NCBI RefSeq assembly: GCF_006345805.1
Contig: NC_042999.1
Location: 154,070,001 to 154,134,000, forward strand
DNA: 64,000 bases
Direction: 5' to 3'
DNA from: Octopus sinensis
Lineage: Eukaryota
The position numbers and the translations under genes are program-made. This document shows, one piece after another, positions 49,171 through 62,420 of the stretch; the stretch's first letter is position 1; each line of letters begins with the position of its first letter. Under the pieces are notes generated by a model. The model saw nothing but the letters and a program-made list of their open reading frames with translations, searched no databases and was not told where the DNA came from.

Positions 49171-50990
49171 AGTAGTTAAGAAGTTTGCTCCCTAACAGCA
49201 TGGTTCTTGGTTCAGTCCCACTGCATGGCACCTTAGGCAAGTGTCATTTACTACAGCCTTCAGGGCAACTAAAGCCTTGTAAATGGATTTGTTAGTCAGA
49301 AACTGAAAGAAGCCCGTCATATGTATACATGTATCTATGTGTGTGTGTCTTATTGTCTGTGTTTGTTTCCCACTACTGCTTGAAAACCAGTGGTGTGTTT
49401 TACAACTCAGTAACATAGTGGTTTGGCAAAAGTGATTGATAGAATAAGACATCATCATCATTGTTTAACATCCATTTTCCATGCAGGCATAGGTTGGACA
49501 GTTTGACAGAGGTCAGGAAAGCCAGAAGGCTACACCAGGGTCCAATCTGATCTGGCAAGCTTTCTACAGCTGGATGCCCTTCCTAACACCAACCACTCCA
49601 AGGTGCTTTTTTACGTGCAGGCTTTAAAAGACAAAAAAGTACTTGGGCCAATCCATTTGACTAAAAATACTTCAAAACGGTGTGTCAGCACGGCCACAAT
49701 CAAATGACAGAAGTAAAAGGTCTGAATCGCAGAGTGTAGGTACACGAAACTTAAAAAAGAATCTAAAGAAACTAGGAATAGAGAGAGTCTGGATCTTGGT
49801 CATATGCTCTTGTTAATATGGGTTTTAAACAGCAGCAATCTTTGCATAAAGGTTAAGTATGTTTACATAGGACATTGTATTATACATTTGTTTTATGAAA
49901 GGTATAATTAAGTGGTTGTTTTGCTGCTAACAAACTAATGAGCTTAACTTGAAAGTATCATTTAGAATTACAAAACTGAAGATTTGTGGGTTTACTGGTC
50001 TGCTATTTTGAGTTTGATACAGGCATGACAGTGTGGGTTATGAAGCTCACTTCTCAACCATGTGGTTTTGAGTTCAATCCTACTGTAAGGTATCAGGGCA
50101 AGTGTCTTCTGCTATATTGCCAAAACGGAAGCTAACCAAAGCCTTCTAAGTAGCTAGGTAGATGGAAACTGAAAGAAGCTCATACATGTGTGTGTGTCCT
50201 TGTCTTGATGTCATATAATGCTTATAAATGAGCATCACTGTCATATAAAAAGGGTCATTTGTTTCCAATCTTCCGCGAAAAACTCCCTGGCCAAGGGGAA
50301 ACCTGAGGTTAGCATTAGGAAGGGCATCAAACCATGGAAAATCTGCCTCAATAAAACTCCATCCAAACCATGCTAGTATGGAAAAATTATCATTAAAGCA
50401 ATGAGGATTCTGTTTAACTCTTGCTCGACTACATTTTAGTGTTTATATATAGACACAAGTGCAGTACCCAAGTTAGATATCTCTGTTATTGTACGTTTGC
50501 ACTAGATAACAAGGATTGCACCAAGTAACGAGATGCTATGAGATGTATCCAACTCATGGCAGCGAGACTAAACATGTAAGCAATGATGATGTTACCAAAA
50601 TAATTCTTGTTGATGCAGTGCAGCTATTTCTTCAAATTATAGTGATTATCTTTTAAGAATAATAGGATGTCTAAGAGGAAAATTATAACAGTTAATTAAA
50701 GTGCCAGAAAGATAACAAAACTAAATATTTATTTTACATAATGTTGTTGTATAGCCCCGGGTCAAAACTTGACTGAACAGTCCAACTATCACAAGCAATC
50801 CAGTCATGACAATCCCATCCTATTGGGGGTATGTCTAGGACTATATTATCCAATTTATCCCTTTCTTTTTTAATATTCAAAACAAGATTAACAGGATTTG
50901 GCAGTGCCTGCCTCTCAATCATTTTTTTACCTATTTTACAGTACTTGACACCACCCCAATGTTTAAAAAAATCCAATTATCTCATCCTAT

Positions 50991-51376
50991 AGACACAGGA
51001 GTGGCTGTGTGGTAAGTAGCTTGCTTACCAACCACATGCGTGGCACCTTGGGCAAGTGTCTTCTACTATCGCCTCGGGCCAACCAAAGCCTTGTGAGTGG
51101 ATTTGGTAGACAGAAACTGAAAGAAGCCCGTCGTATATATATATATATGTATGTGTGTGTATATGTTTGTGTGTCTGTGTTTGTCCCCCCAACATCGCTT
51201 GACAACTGATGGTGGTATGTTTACATCCTCGTAAACCTAGCGGTTTGGCAAAAAGAGTCCAATAGAATAAGTACTAGGCTTCCAAAGAATAAGTCCTGGG
51301 GTCAATTTGGTCTACTAAAGGCAGTGCTCCAGCATGGCCACAGTCAAATGACTGAAACAAGTAAAAGAGTAAAGAG
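50991..51376 (+). mobile_element. SINE type A
   Basis: Near-consensus copy with a short deletion in the head. Confidence 0.9.
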
Positions 51377-52039
51377 TTACATTTCTATAACTAAAAATTT
51401 CTAGGAATTATAAAAAAAAAAGTGAAAATATTTCATTTATCAAAGTATAACCAATTTATTGCTAATAAGCTTTAGCAGAATCTTATACAGACTCCCTTAC
51501 ATGGGCTCTGGTTAAGAAGCACTGGACTGGAGGGAAAATTTGCTATTTCTAGCAGGCTGGGTGACCACATAGTTGGCTCTTCTTTTAATGTAATTGTGTT
51601 CAATTTTGAAATAGTGTAAAAAGATTTTCACCAAGATATATTTTATTTCTTTTTTACTAAATAAACTAATAATAAAAATGAAGTCAGTCATGAGATTCTT
51701 CACTTGAATTAAGATTCTAATATAAGATTTCAAGTTATAATGTCTAAGATTATTTACTATTCAAATGTTAAGTAAATAATATATTTATGAATTGTCTATT
51801 TAAATTTTTTTGAGTAGATTTCATGACAAGTGTAATACAATAAAAACCAGTGAAAATTCCAATCTCACTTTGTAAAAGAAATCTATAAATTCTTTATAAA
51901 TTCAACAATAAAGTCTTCTGTAGGTGCTTACAGTTTATCTTAAAAATCATCAAAGGTCTTTTTGTCTTTACATAGTATTCATTCACTAATACTAGTGAAG
52001 GAATTTTTCAATACAAAGTAATTTTTGTGTGTGTGTGTG

Positions 52040-52390
52040 TATAGTGGCACTCAGTCGGTTATGACGATGAAGGTTCCAGTTGATCCAATCAACGGAACAG
52101 CCTGCTCATGAAATTAACGTGCAAGTGGCTGAGCACTCCACAGACACATGTACTCTTAACATAGTTCTCAGGGAAAGGGCTAACCCTTTGAATTAAAGGT
52201 ACAACAGAAGCAGGAAAAAAGAGTAAGAGAAAGTTGCAGTGAAAGAGTACAGCAGAGTTTGCCACCACTCCCTGCTGGAGCCTCGTGGAGCTTTAGGTGT
52301 TTTCACTCAATAAACACAACGCCAGGCTTGGGAATCAAAACCATGATCCTACAACTGCGAGTTTGCTAGCCCAACCACTGGGCCATTGCA
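52040..52390 (-). mobile_element. SINE type C
   Basis: Reverse complement of the head at 280-400 plus the shared GGAACAGCCTGCTCATGAAATTAACGTGCAAG tail. Confidence 0.8.
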
Positions 52391-52418
52391 ACTCCACACA
52401 CGTGTGTGTGTGTGAGTA

Positions 52419-52450
<32 letters not shown>

Positions 52451-52454
<4 letters not shown>

Positions 52455-52881
52455 ATCATAGGCACAGGCATGGCTGTGTGGTAAGACGCTTGCTTCCTAA
52501 CCACATGGTTCCGGGTTCACTTCCACTGCATAGCACCTTGGGCAAGTGTCTTCTACTATAGCTTTGGGCCAACCACAGCTTCGTGAGTAGATTTGGTAGA
52601 TGGAAACTGAAAGAAGCCTGTCATGTATGTCTGTACGTATGTATGTGTATGTATGTATATATATATAATATATATATATATATAATCATAGGCACAGGCA
52701 TGGCTGTGTGGTAAGACGCTTGCTTCCTAACCACATGGTTCCGGGTTCACTTCCACTGCATAGCACCTTGGGCAAGTGTCTTCTACTATAGCTTTGGGCC
52801 AACCACAGCTTCGTGAGTAGATTTGGTAGATGGAAACTGAAAGAAGCCTGTCATGTATGTCTGTACGTATGTATGTGTATG

Positions 52882-52910
<29 letters not shown>
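52451..52910 (+). repeat. Exact 230-bp tandem duplication of a SINE A head between (TA)n tracts
   Basis: TATAATCATAGGCACAGGCA at 52451 and 52681; non-microsatellite parts identical. Confidence 0.9.
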
Positions 52911-52917
<7 letters not shown>

Positions 52918-53400
52918 TCAGCATTTGTATCTGTGTCCCTCCACCATCACTTGACAACAGATTTTGGTGTGTTTACATCCCCTTAACTTAGCAGTTCGGC
53001 AAAGAGACTGACAGAATAAGTACCAGGCTTACAAAGAGTAAGTCCAGGGATTGAATTCTTCGACTAAAAGGCGGTGCTCTAGCAAGGCCACAGTCAAAAT
53101 GACTGAAACAAGTAGAAGAATAAAAGAATATATATTTTCAATATATTTCTTCAGTAGATAGCTTATTATTATTAAGGTGGCAAGCCGGCAGAATTGGCAA
53201 CACACCAGGCAAATTGCTAAACGGAATTTCCTGTTTTTACATTCTGAGTTCAAATTCCACTGCAGTTAATTGCGTTTCATCCTTTTGGGGGTTGATAAAA
53301 TAAATAGCAGCTGAGTTCAGGGGTTGATGTAATCAACTTGCTGCATTCCTTGAAATTGATGGCCTTGTGCCAAAATTTGAAATTATTATTGTTGTTGCTG

Positions 53401-53645
53401 TTACCTCTGCCTTAGCGAAGGCGGAGGTAGTTTTCAGTCGTGTTTGTTTGTGGACAAGATATCTCAAGAACTGCAGGATGGATTCGGATGAAACTTACAG
53501 GGATGTTTGGCCTCATGAGTGACACAAACCACTTAGATTTTGGGATTAATCCGGTACCAGACAAGGATTATGGATTATTTTTCCTGTTTTTTACTTAATT
53601 TTTGAGAGCAGTCAGGTTTATTTTTATTATTTTCGTTTGTGAGAG
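53401..53645 (+). mobile_element. Helentron-associated (HINE/DINE-like) non-autonomous element, truncated
   Basis: Terminal hairpin ACCTCTGCC-TTAGCGAA-GGCGGAGGT followed by GTTTGTTTGT and GATGGATTCGGATGAAAC, the layout I recall for HINEs. Confidence 0.55.
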
Positions 53646-53850
53646 TATTAGAATATCAGATACTTGAGAAAATGCCTTCTGCTATAGCTCAAAGCTAACC
53701 ACTGCCTTGTGAGGGAATTTAGTAGACAGAAACTGTGAGGAAGCCTATCACATGCATGTGTGTATGTGTTCTTCCCACCACTTGACAACTGGTGTTGGTG
53801 TGTTTATGTTCCTGTAACTTAGCAGTTTGGCAAAAGAGACTAATAAAGTG

Positions 53851-54392
53851 CAGTAATGCCTCACTTTTTGAGGACCCGCTTTACAAGACGCCAGGTTTCG
53901 GAGTTTTATTTTTCAAGCACAAGATCCAAATTTTGAACCAAGTGTAAAACTTTCTACTACCATAAGAAATGCTTCTTTGTCTTACTAGAAATTTATAGAG
54001 AATGAAAAACAGTGTCTCAGCAAACAACTTGTTTTTTAAAAGAAATCTACTAGTCTGTCTGTGAGTGCTTGTTAATCATCAATCGCGTCTACAAGTGATG
54101 GTGTGTGCAAGTCTAGTACAAGTGAAAGTGATTCAGAGAACATAATATTTTTTTTTTATTATAAATGATCTTTACGTTCTTTTTACTTTAAATGAGATAT
54201 TCTTTACATTCTACTGTTGTTTTATTGCCATTTATTTACAGGTACTATAAATTTTATAAGTGAATTATTTTTCTGGGAACGTATTACGATTTCTAATATT
54301 GCTACTATGGGAAATTACTACTCTGCTTTATGTAGTTTCACTTTACGAGTGGTCTCCGAGAATAAATTAACTTGTATATTGAGGCACTGCTG
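53851..54392. mobile_element. Tc1/mariner-superfamily non-autonomous element inside a SINE A
   Basis: TIRs CAGTAATGCCTCA / TGAGGCACTGCTG; inserted at the TA of the SINE motif AAGTACCAGG (left TA mutated to TG). Confidence 0.7.
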
Positions 54393-54565
54393 TACCAGGT
54401 TTTAAAAAAAGAAAAACAAAATTACTGAGGCAGTGCCCCAGCATGGCCACAGTCTAAAGACTGAAACAATAGATAAAAGATTGTAATAGCAAAAATGTAA
54501 TCATGATATTTTCATATCCATGATATTAAGCCTTCTTTGGTTTCCATAGCATCAATCTAACTTAC

Positions 54566-54607
54566 TGGCAATTCAAAAGAATAGTTGTTCAACCTTTGAT
54601 TGAACAT
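54566..54607 (-). CDS. Candidate start-codon segment MFNQRLNNYSFELP at the 3' end of a long first exon (about 54566-55440)
   Basis: Donor CCA|GTAAGT at 54566/54565; ATG at 54607 with in-frame upstream TAA; lies in a 1.2-kb repeat-free block. Could be a uORF. Confidence 0.35.
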
Positions 54608-55429
54608 GTCATAGATTTACCATTAACCTTATGACAGATCTTCATACAGTCATATAATACTTGACATACAAAGAGATACTTATATCAAACCCAATCCCGT
54701 AAGGATATCAAATTGAGAACACCTGAATTTGTGCCAGAAACAAAGAGAGATTTGAATACTAACAGAGAATCGAAACCAGATAGAGATGAGTATGTTGGCT
54801 GAAGTTGTATATATTACACTGCACAGGCAACAATAACAAAGGATGTATTTGTACCCCCTGTAGATAAATTCCATTGCTCAAAGCAGGGTGAAATTACAAA
54901 CAGAGATTCTGAAGAAAGTGGACACTTAATCAAAACAATACGGCTATTATGTCAGAGTATTGGATTGAAACAGGCACAAACAGAATGGCCAGCGGCTTTA
55001 AGATTGATTTTCAATGCACGACATTAATTTCATTCATTGGCAAGTAATCCGATACGGAATCTTCTGTGACAAGACTAACAGCCGACCCAAAACAGGTGGA
55101 AATATTAAATTTCTTGCTGTTTAGTAAACAAGATTGATATTTCCCCAGCCCATACATTAAGAAAAGTCGAGGGTGTTTCTATTAATGACCGAAGCTAAAA
55201 ACACCAACAGCATTGTAACTGACCAGTGAATCAGATGCATAGTCATGATTTGTGTAGAAATTTAATCTTGTTTCAAGCATTCGTCAGTTATGTTAATTTA
55301 GTGACTACACTGAAATTATATTTAAAGAATTTTTAATTAAGTTCTGCTATTCATTTAGCATATATTACTACTTATTTCAATGCTTTTTATTCACTCCCCC
55401 ACCCCACTACTCTGGTTGCTAGAGTTTTT

Positions 55430-55680
55430 CGTTGACTGATTTATTCAGCTTGTTTTAAGAAATTGGGACATTTGCATATTGTCAGAGAAAGGAGTTTAAA
55501 TGCTATGTTTTTTTCTTTTTTCTCCCCTTCCGCTTCCTTAGCGCTAAACCACTGGACTGCATAATTTAAGGATGGACATTGCTGTCAGTTAGCCAGATTT
55601 AGGCGATGAGGATATCTGTCTCAACTGGCAGCTCAACAAAATGACTTTTCAACCAACTAAAAATAATAGCCATATATCCC
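55430..55680 (-). promoter_or_regulatory. Candidate promoter for the - strand transcript
   Basis: Inr-like TCAGTC (55439-55434) and octamer ATGCAAAT (55477-55470) in unique sequence. Confidence 0.25.
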
Positions 55681-55693
55681 TCACATCACATGC

Positions 55694-55921
55694 TTAACCC
55701 TTTTGTTACTAACCCGGCCAAAACCGGCTCTGGCTCTGTGGTAAAATGTCTTGTTTTCATAAGTTTTGAATTAAAATATTCCACCAAACCTTAGTCACAA
55801 TTTACATTCCTAACACTAACTTAAGGATAACTAAGTTATTTTACTAAATTCTTTCTTATATTTAAAATAATTGAAAGAAACACAGAGCATCTCAAAATAA
55901 ATACAGTAACAAAAGGGTTAA
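55694..55921. mobile_element. piggyBac-type MITE family 1
   Basis: TTAACCCTTTTGTTAC...GTAACAAAAGGGTTAA. Confidence 0.9.
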
Positions 55922-56631
55922 TCATGATCTTCCTCAACATTTAACATCCCTCTTCCTAACTGGAATCAGTTAGATAGTTCAACAGAATCCACGAAGTCAA
56001 AGGACCACGTCATGCTCTAATGTTCCATGATTTATTTGGTTCAATGTTCTTCATAAGACCAACCACTTGATTGGGGGTAGTGCATGTTTTTTTCAAAGCA
56101 CCAACACTAGTGAGGTTGTCATGTAACTTGCGAGACCAAAATCTTCTTCGACTGAAAGGGACTATAGTTCCACTCTATGTGAGTTACTGATAATTGTCCC
56201 TCACTCCATTAGAAACACAGTAACCCAATGGTTGGCTCACTGGAAACTTTGCAGCCAATGAGCTTACTGCTCACCAATGGCTACGTATAAAATAGAAATA
56301 ACGACATAGAAACTAATACAGTTTGCCTAACACAATTAAGCATTTGGATGATAATTTTAATTAGCACTTATGTTAATGAGAGGGAAAATATTCACACAGT
56401 TATGATGTCAAGTGAGAAACAAAAGTCAGCTTCTTCTGACCAGGCACAAAGACCTTATATTTAAAGAGAAACATGACTGGGAAAATTGTAGTATCAGCAA
56501 GCTTTTATAAAATAATCTTTATTCTTCTAAAAAGGGCCCTACCCAAAACAACAGAATTTACCACCCTTTCAGCCACATAATCTTATCTTTGTTGACAAAT
56601 TTAACCCATTTTTTTTTCTCTCTCAATGCAG

Positions 56632-56655
56632 ACTTAGATTCCAGTTTTGTCCGGT
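56632..56655 (+). CDS. Candidate 24-nt microexon (phase 1-1, LDSSFVR)
   Basis: CATTTTTTTTTCTCTCTCAATGCAG| acceptor; GGT|GTATGT donor; length divisible by 3. Confidence 0.3.
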
Positions 56656-57391
56656 GTATGTTTTAACTTTATGAAAATAAAACAGCATATTTGTATGTGT
56701 GAGTATATTCAGAAACTAAATATAGAAGCTTAAAGAAACGTACATGCACATCTGTCAATTATGTTGCTCAAACAAACAAAAATACATCATCATCATCATT
56801 ATTTTAACGTCTGATTCTCCTTGCTAGTATGGGTCAGGCAGAGAGATTTTCTCTAACCAAATGCTCTTCTAATCACCAGCCTTTACTTGTTTCCATATAG
56901 GATAATTCATCATGACAAGGCTTAAACAGGATATTTGAAAATGAATGACCCTGCTTGTATGACAGTGGCACTCATTTACAACCATCACATGATGTTCAGA
57001 AAATGAGATGCAAACATAAACACGCACTTGCATAAGACATTGTTTGACTGCTTAGGTAGTCAAAACTTCGAAGTCACTGTCAGTAATACTCTTGTTTCAG
57101 TAAACTTGTACTCTACAAAAGTACAGTGACCTCTTTGTAGAGAAATTGTTTTTATAACTTAACACACACACACATATATGCAATCTTCTTGCTGTTTCCT
57201 TTAGTTTCAGTCTATTAAATCTACGCATAAGGTGTGGCCAGCCCAGGGATATAGAAGTCGATACCTGCACCTGGATAGGTGTCTACTAAATTCAATTGCA
57301 TGTCACCTGCCCATGCAATTGGGACTGAACCCAAAACCAAGTAGTTGGGAAACAAACTTAACCACACAGCCACACCTGCACTCATATTTCT

Positions 57392-57838
57392 TTAACCCTT
57401 TTGATACCTCCCCGGCTGAAACCGCCTCTGCCTCTGTAGTTAAAATTTTTGTTTCCATAAGTTCTGAATTAAAATTTCTCACCAAACCTTAGTCACAATT
57501 CATATTCCAAACACTAGCTTAAGTTATTTTACTAAATTCTTTGTTATATTTAAAGTAATTGAAAGAAACAGAGCATCTCAACAAAAATATGGTAATGAAA
57601 GGGTTAACAAATTATTAATTTAACCCTTTTGATACCAACCCGCCTGAAACCGCCTCTGGCTCTGTAGTACAAATGTATCGTTTTCAAAAGTTCTAAATTA
57701 AAATTTCCCACCAAACCTTAGTCACAATTCATGTTCCTAACACTAGCTTAATGATAAACTAAATTATTTTACTAAATTCTTTATTATATTTAAAGTAATT
57801 AAAAGAAACACAGAGCATCTCAAAATAAATACAGTAAT
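57392..57838. mobile_element. Two tandem piggyBac-type MITE family 1 copies
   Basis: 57392-57607 complete; 57620-57838 lacks the final TIR bases. Confidence 0.85.
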
Positions 57839-58184
57839 AATTTATAAAAGCATGTGCGCGTGTGTGATGGGGGAAGGGTGTCTTTGAAGACAGATCCCTA
57901 TAAAACATCAACCCCTCTCTTCATGGTAAACAAACTTCACTAATTTCTCCAGATCCCAGTTAACCCATCCTCCCCAACACACACACACACGTTATATATA
58001 ATTTGCAGACTCCCATGTGATGTATAATGAATTTCAAAATCCTATTTATATGAATATTAAAAGAAAAAAAAAACACTCAAAAACAAAAGAATTAAGTAAA
58101 ATTAAGATATATGATATGTGTAAGTACTAATTTGAAAAATTCGAAAGGTCTTTTGCATAATCTTTATTAAGTATCAATCAACTG

Positions 58185-58465
58185 AGGTCGTTGCCAGTGC
58201 CGCTGCACTGGCTTCTGTGCAGGTGGCACATAAAAAACACCATTTGAACATGGCCATTGCCAGTGCTGCCTGATTGGCCCTCATGCCGGTGGCACGTAAA
58301 AGCACCCACTACACTCTCGGAGTGGTTGGCGTTAGGAAGGGCATCCAGCTGTAGAAACTCTGCCAGATCAGATTGGAGCCTGGTGCAGCCATCTGGTTTG
58401 CCAGTCCTCAGTCAAATCGTCCAACCCATGCTAGCATGGAAAGCAGACGTTAAACGATAATAACA
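58185..58465 (+). mobile_element. Type E repeat
   Basis: Conserved E block. Confidence 0.8.
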
Positions 58466-61400
58466 ATAGAAAAGCAAAATATTAATTTCTTCACATATTG
58501 TTTTATTCTGTTCTAAATTTACTTCTGTTTTTTTCAAAGTGCCGTGTCTTTGTACTGTTGCCTGGCTTATTTATTGTTAACCAACAGTCAACGTAATTTT
58601 CTTTGATTCTAATTAATGAATTGATATTAATAGCAATTAAAAGAAAAACTGGTACAAGACTATTTTTAAATCAGAAGAGTTCCCACACAGCTTTTACAAG
58701 AGAAGACTTCATGTAATTGTTATTGTGGCTATTTCTTTAACCCTAGGTCAGACTTAATCAAGCACAGTTATACTCTAAAAATATTAACCCTTTTGTAATC
58801 ATTTACTTTGTAACTGGTTCAGTCAAGAGACTGCAAAGTCAAACAAATCAACAACAGTACTTTCTTTTTCTTGAAAGCTTGGTGCTTACTTTAACAGCTT
58901 CTTTTGTCAAACCGCTAAGTTACAGAGATGTAAACACACCAATGCTGCTTGTCAAGCAGTGATGAGGGACAGACACAAAGACACACACACACATATTTAT
59001 ATATATATAAAAATTTATATATATACAAAGACAATGGGCTTCTTTCAGTTTCCATCAACCAAATTTACTCAAGGCTTTGGTTGGCCCAAAAATAAGGTAG
59101 AAGTCACTTGGCCTAGAAGCCATGTAGTGAGACTGAACCCAGAACCATGTGGTTAGAAAGTAAACTTCTTACTACACAGCTACTACCATATTCCCGTTAA
59201 AATGCACTGCCTTTCTTCCACTTAATTTTGAAAATAATGAATAATTTAGTAAGACAACTTCATCACTTATTAAGCTGTTTTGAATATAAATGAACAAAAA
59301 ATTTCAAGGGAAGACTTTAATTTCAAAACTTTACACCTTCCCAAAATGCCATGCAGTGGAATCACACCCAAGACTTCATCATTGCAAAGTAAACTTTTAA
59401 ACCATTCAGCCATTCTACCACCTAACTATATACTGATTTCAAATTTTGGCACAAGGCCAGCAATTTCAGAGGTGGGTGCAAGTTGATTACATCAACTCCA
59501 CTACTCAACTGGTACTTATTTTCTTAACCCCAAAAATATGAAAGGCAAAGCCAACATCAGTGGAATTTGAACTAGGAATGTAAAGACATTTGAAATGCTG
59601 ATAAGCATTTAGCCTGGGTTGTTGACAATTCTGCCAGTTTGCCACTTCTTTGGCACTCTAATATTGATTTCAAATTTTGGCACAAAGCCAGCAATTTTTG
59701 GGGGATGGGGGCCAATCGATTACATCGACCCCAGAGTACCCCTGCTACTCTGAAAGGATGAAATTCATTCAATGTTGACTTCGGCAGAATTTGATCTCAG
59801 AATGTAAAGACGGACAAAATGGCATGAAACATTTTGCCTGGCATGCTAATGATCCTGCCAGCTTATCGCTTTTGCATAACTGAATATTTTAAACTATTTC
59901 ACTGAGTGATCTGATCTGATTTGATTCTGCCATCAATTTCTGTCCAGTACAGTAAATATACATCAACTCCAGCCAAATGGTGTACACTTAATCCAGACTT
60001 ATGCAACAACATATCACTCTTAAAAGCTTCAGACAAGCAAAACTAAGATAAAACAACCATTCCCAAGTGGATTACCCACGCAAGGTATAAATGGCATTCC
60101 GCAAGACCATAGATATTCTCGTTGATAAATCAACCAATTCTCCATTGGTTAATCATTAATCACAAGTATACGAAAACTGTTACCATTCCCCCTTCATTCC
60201 GTCTTCTTTCTTCACTCCCTGCATTTACACATACCGACACATTTGCTCGTCTTCTTGGGTATTGGGGTAGTTGTAGGTTGTTTTGGAAGGGGGTAAGGAA
60301 GATTATTTACAGCCAGAAACAAATCTCAATTCCTAATGAAATCATGGGATGTTACTCTCATGCTTCTATCAGGAAATATTTGTATTTTATTTAAACACTG
60401 CAAACATGGATATACAAATGTTGCTGTTGCATAATCTCATGCTATGGGATGAGGTGGGGCTGAAGTATGGAGAAGCGCACATGCATACACCTAGACAGAC
60501 AGACAGATACATAGATAGACAGATGTGCATGTGTGGTTGAGTGGTAAGAAGTTTGCCTCTCAACCACATGGTTCCAGGTTCAGTCCCATTGAGTAGAACA
60601 TTGGGCCTACCAAAGCTTTGTGAGTAGATTTAGTAGAGGAAAACTGAAAGAAGCCTGCTAGGAGCCCTACCACGTATGTGTGTGTGTGTGTGTTTGTTCC
60701 CCACCTCCACTTGACAACCGGTGTCGGTTTGTTTACATCCCCATAATAGTTTTGCAAAAGAGACCAACAGAATAAACACCAGACTTAAAAACAAAAAAAA
60801 GAGTACTGGGATTGATTTGTTTGACTAAGAGTTCTTCAAGGCATTGCCCCAGCATGGTCACAGTCTGTTGACAGAAACAAGTTGAAGATAAAAGGTACAC
60901 ACACATACACGAGGTAAGGCCCCTAGCAAACTGAAACTGCAACCGAATTTTGATAACACATGATCATATAAAAAAAAAAGGTAATATGTACAGAAACCAT
61001 AAAATTTTCACCCACACACAAGAGCTAATAAGGTATTCTACTATCTGTGTAGTTACATGAAATAACATGAAATAAAAGCCAAATCTCCCACAAATCACAT
61101 CCTAATTGTCTAAATGACAAATAAACTCTTGATATCAACTCGCTTGAAACTACCCTTAGTTTAATAATACAAGCAGCGGAAAAACCTTCATCAAAATTTC
61201 ATGATTAATTTATGCTGCAAGAAGTTATTTTCCCAAAATCTTTGATATTTTCAAAATAAAATGTCATTGTATTTCAAGAGAAATAGAGCAACAAAAGTAA
61301 CTGCACTTGAGATAGTAACATAGTAACTGCACTTGAGATGGCCACAACAAAGAATGCCTAGTATCTGCAACCATAGAAGAGATAACTACTCTGAAATGCT

Positions 61401-61725
61401 AGCATCTCACAGTCTAGGTAGATGACACTGTGAGCTGATCTAGATGTATAAACACCATTTGTCAACAAATGAGATATATACTCTGTGACAAAATGCAGTG
61501 AGTAGCTTGTTCCCCAGTTCGAATGTGCATTAAGCATATTCAGACTTGTAATAACATTAGTTTTACTTGTCACTGCTTAGCGCTCCCCATCCACCTTTGA
61601 TCACAGGTCTTCTGAATCAGGCTGACCTGTGATTAAATATAACTGGAGGTAGCAAGGGGCTATGTTTATGGCCTTTACAATATCTCTGGGGAGATTACTG
61701 CAGTTAACAAGGAAAAAAATATACA

Positions 61726-62115
61726 GGCGCAGGAGTGGCTGTGTGGTAAGTAGCTTGTCTATCAACCACATGGTTCCGGGTTCAGTCCCACTGCGTGGCA
61801 CCTTGGGCAAGTGTCTTCTACTATAGCCTCGGGCCGACCAAAGCCTTGTGAGTGGATTTGGTAGACGGAAACTGAAAGAAGCCCGTTGTATATATGTATA
61901 TATATATATATGCGTCTGTGTGTTTGTCCCCTAGCATTGCTTGACAACTGATGCTGGTGTGTTTATGTCCTCGTTACTTAGCGGTTCGGCAAAAGAGACC
62001 GATAGAATAAGTACTGGGCTTACAAAGAATAAGTCCCGGGGTCGAGTTCCTCGATTAAAGGCGGTGCTCCAGCATGGCCGCAGTCAAATGACTGAAACAA
62101 GTAAAAGAGTAAAAG
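61726..62115 (+). mobile_element. SINE type A, youngest-looking copy
   Basis: CpGs intact throughout; GAGTAAAA tail repeats. Confidence 0.9.
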
Positions 62116-62149
62116 GGAAGGACATAAAAAGTAAATACAGGGAAGAAAA

Positions 62150-62420
62150 GTAAATACAGGGAGGAAGGCCAGTACAGACTTGGTAGAGGGCTTCATTTTG
62201 GACACAATGAGTAAGTGAAGGAGAGAAACGAAGGAGTGAGGAATATCCGAACGGAAGTGGAATGAGCCCAGTTGGTTCCAAGAAGCAGAGGCCAACATCA
62301 ATCAGTCGAACAACCATTCTTTGGATGCTGACTAAGATGTCTGTGTGTCTAGCAGCACTGTTTGCTCCAAAGAAGAACATCGCTAATATTATTACCAATG
62401 CTATGATTGATGCAATAAAT
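62150..62420 (-). other. Unique GC-richer segment with an open frame containing a TM-like stretch
   Basis: FIASIIALVIILAMFFFGANSAARHTDILVSIQRMVVRLIDVGLCFLEPTG...; possible acceptor ATCATAG| near 62401; no good donor. Confidence 0.2.
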
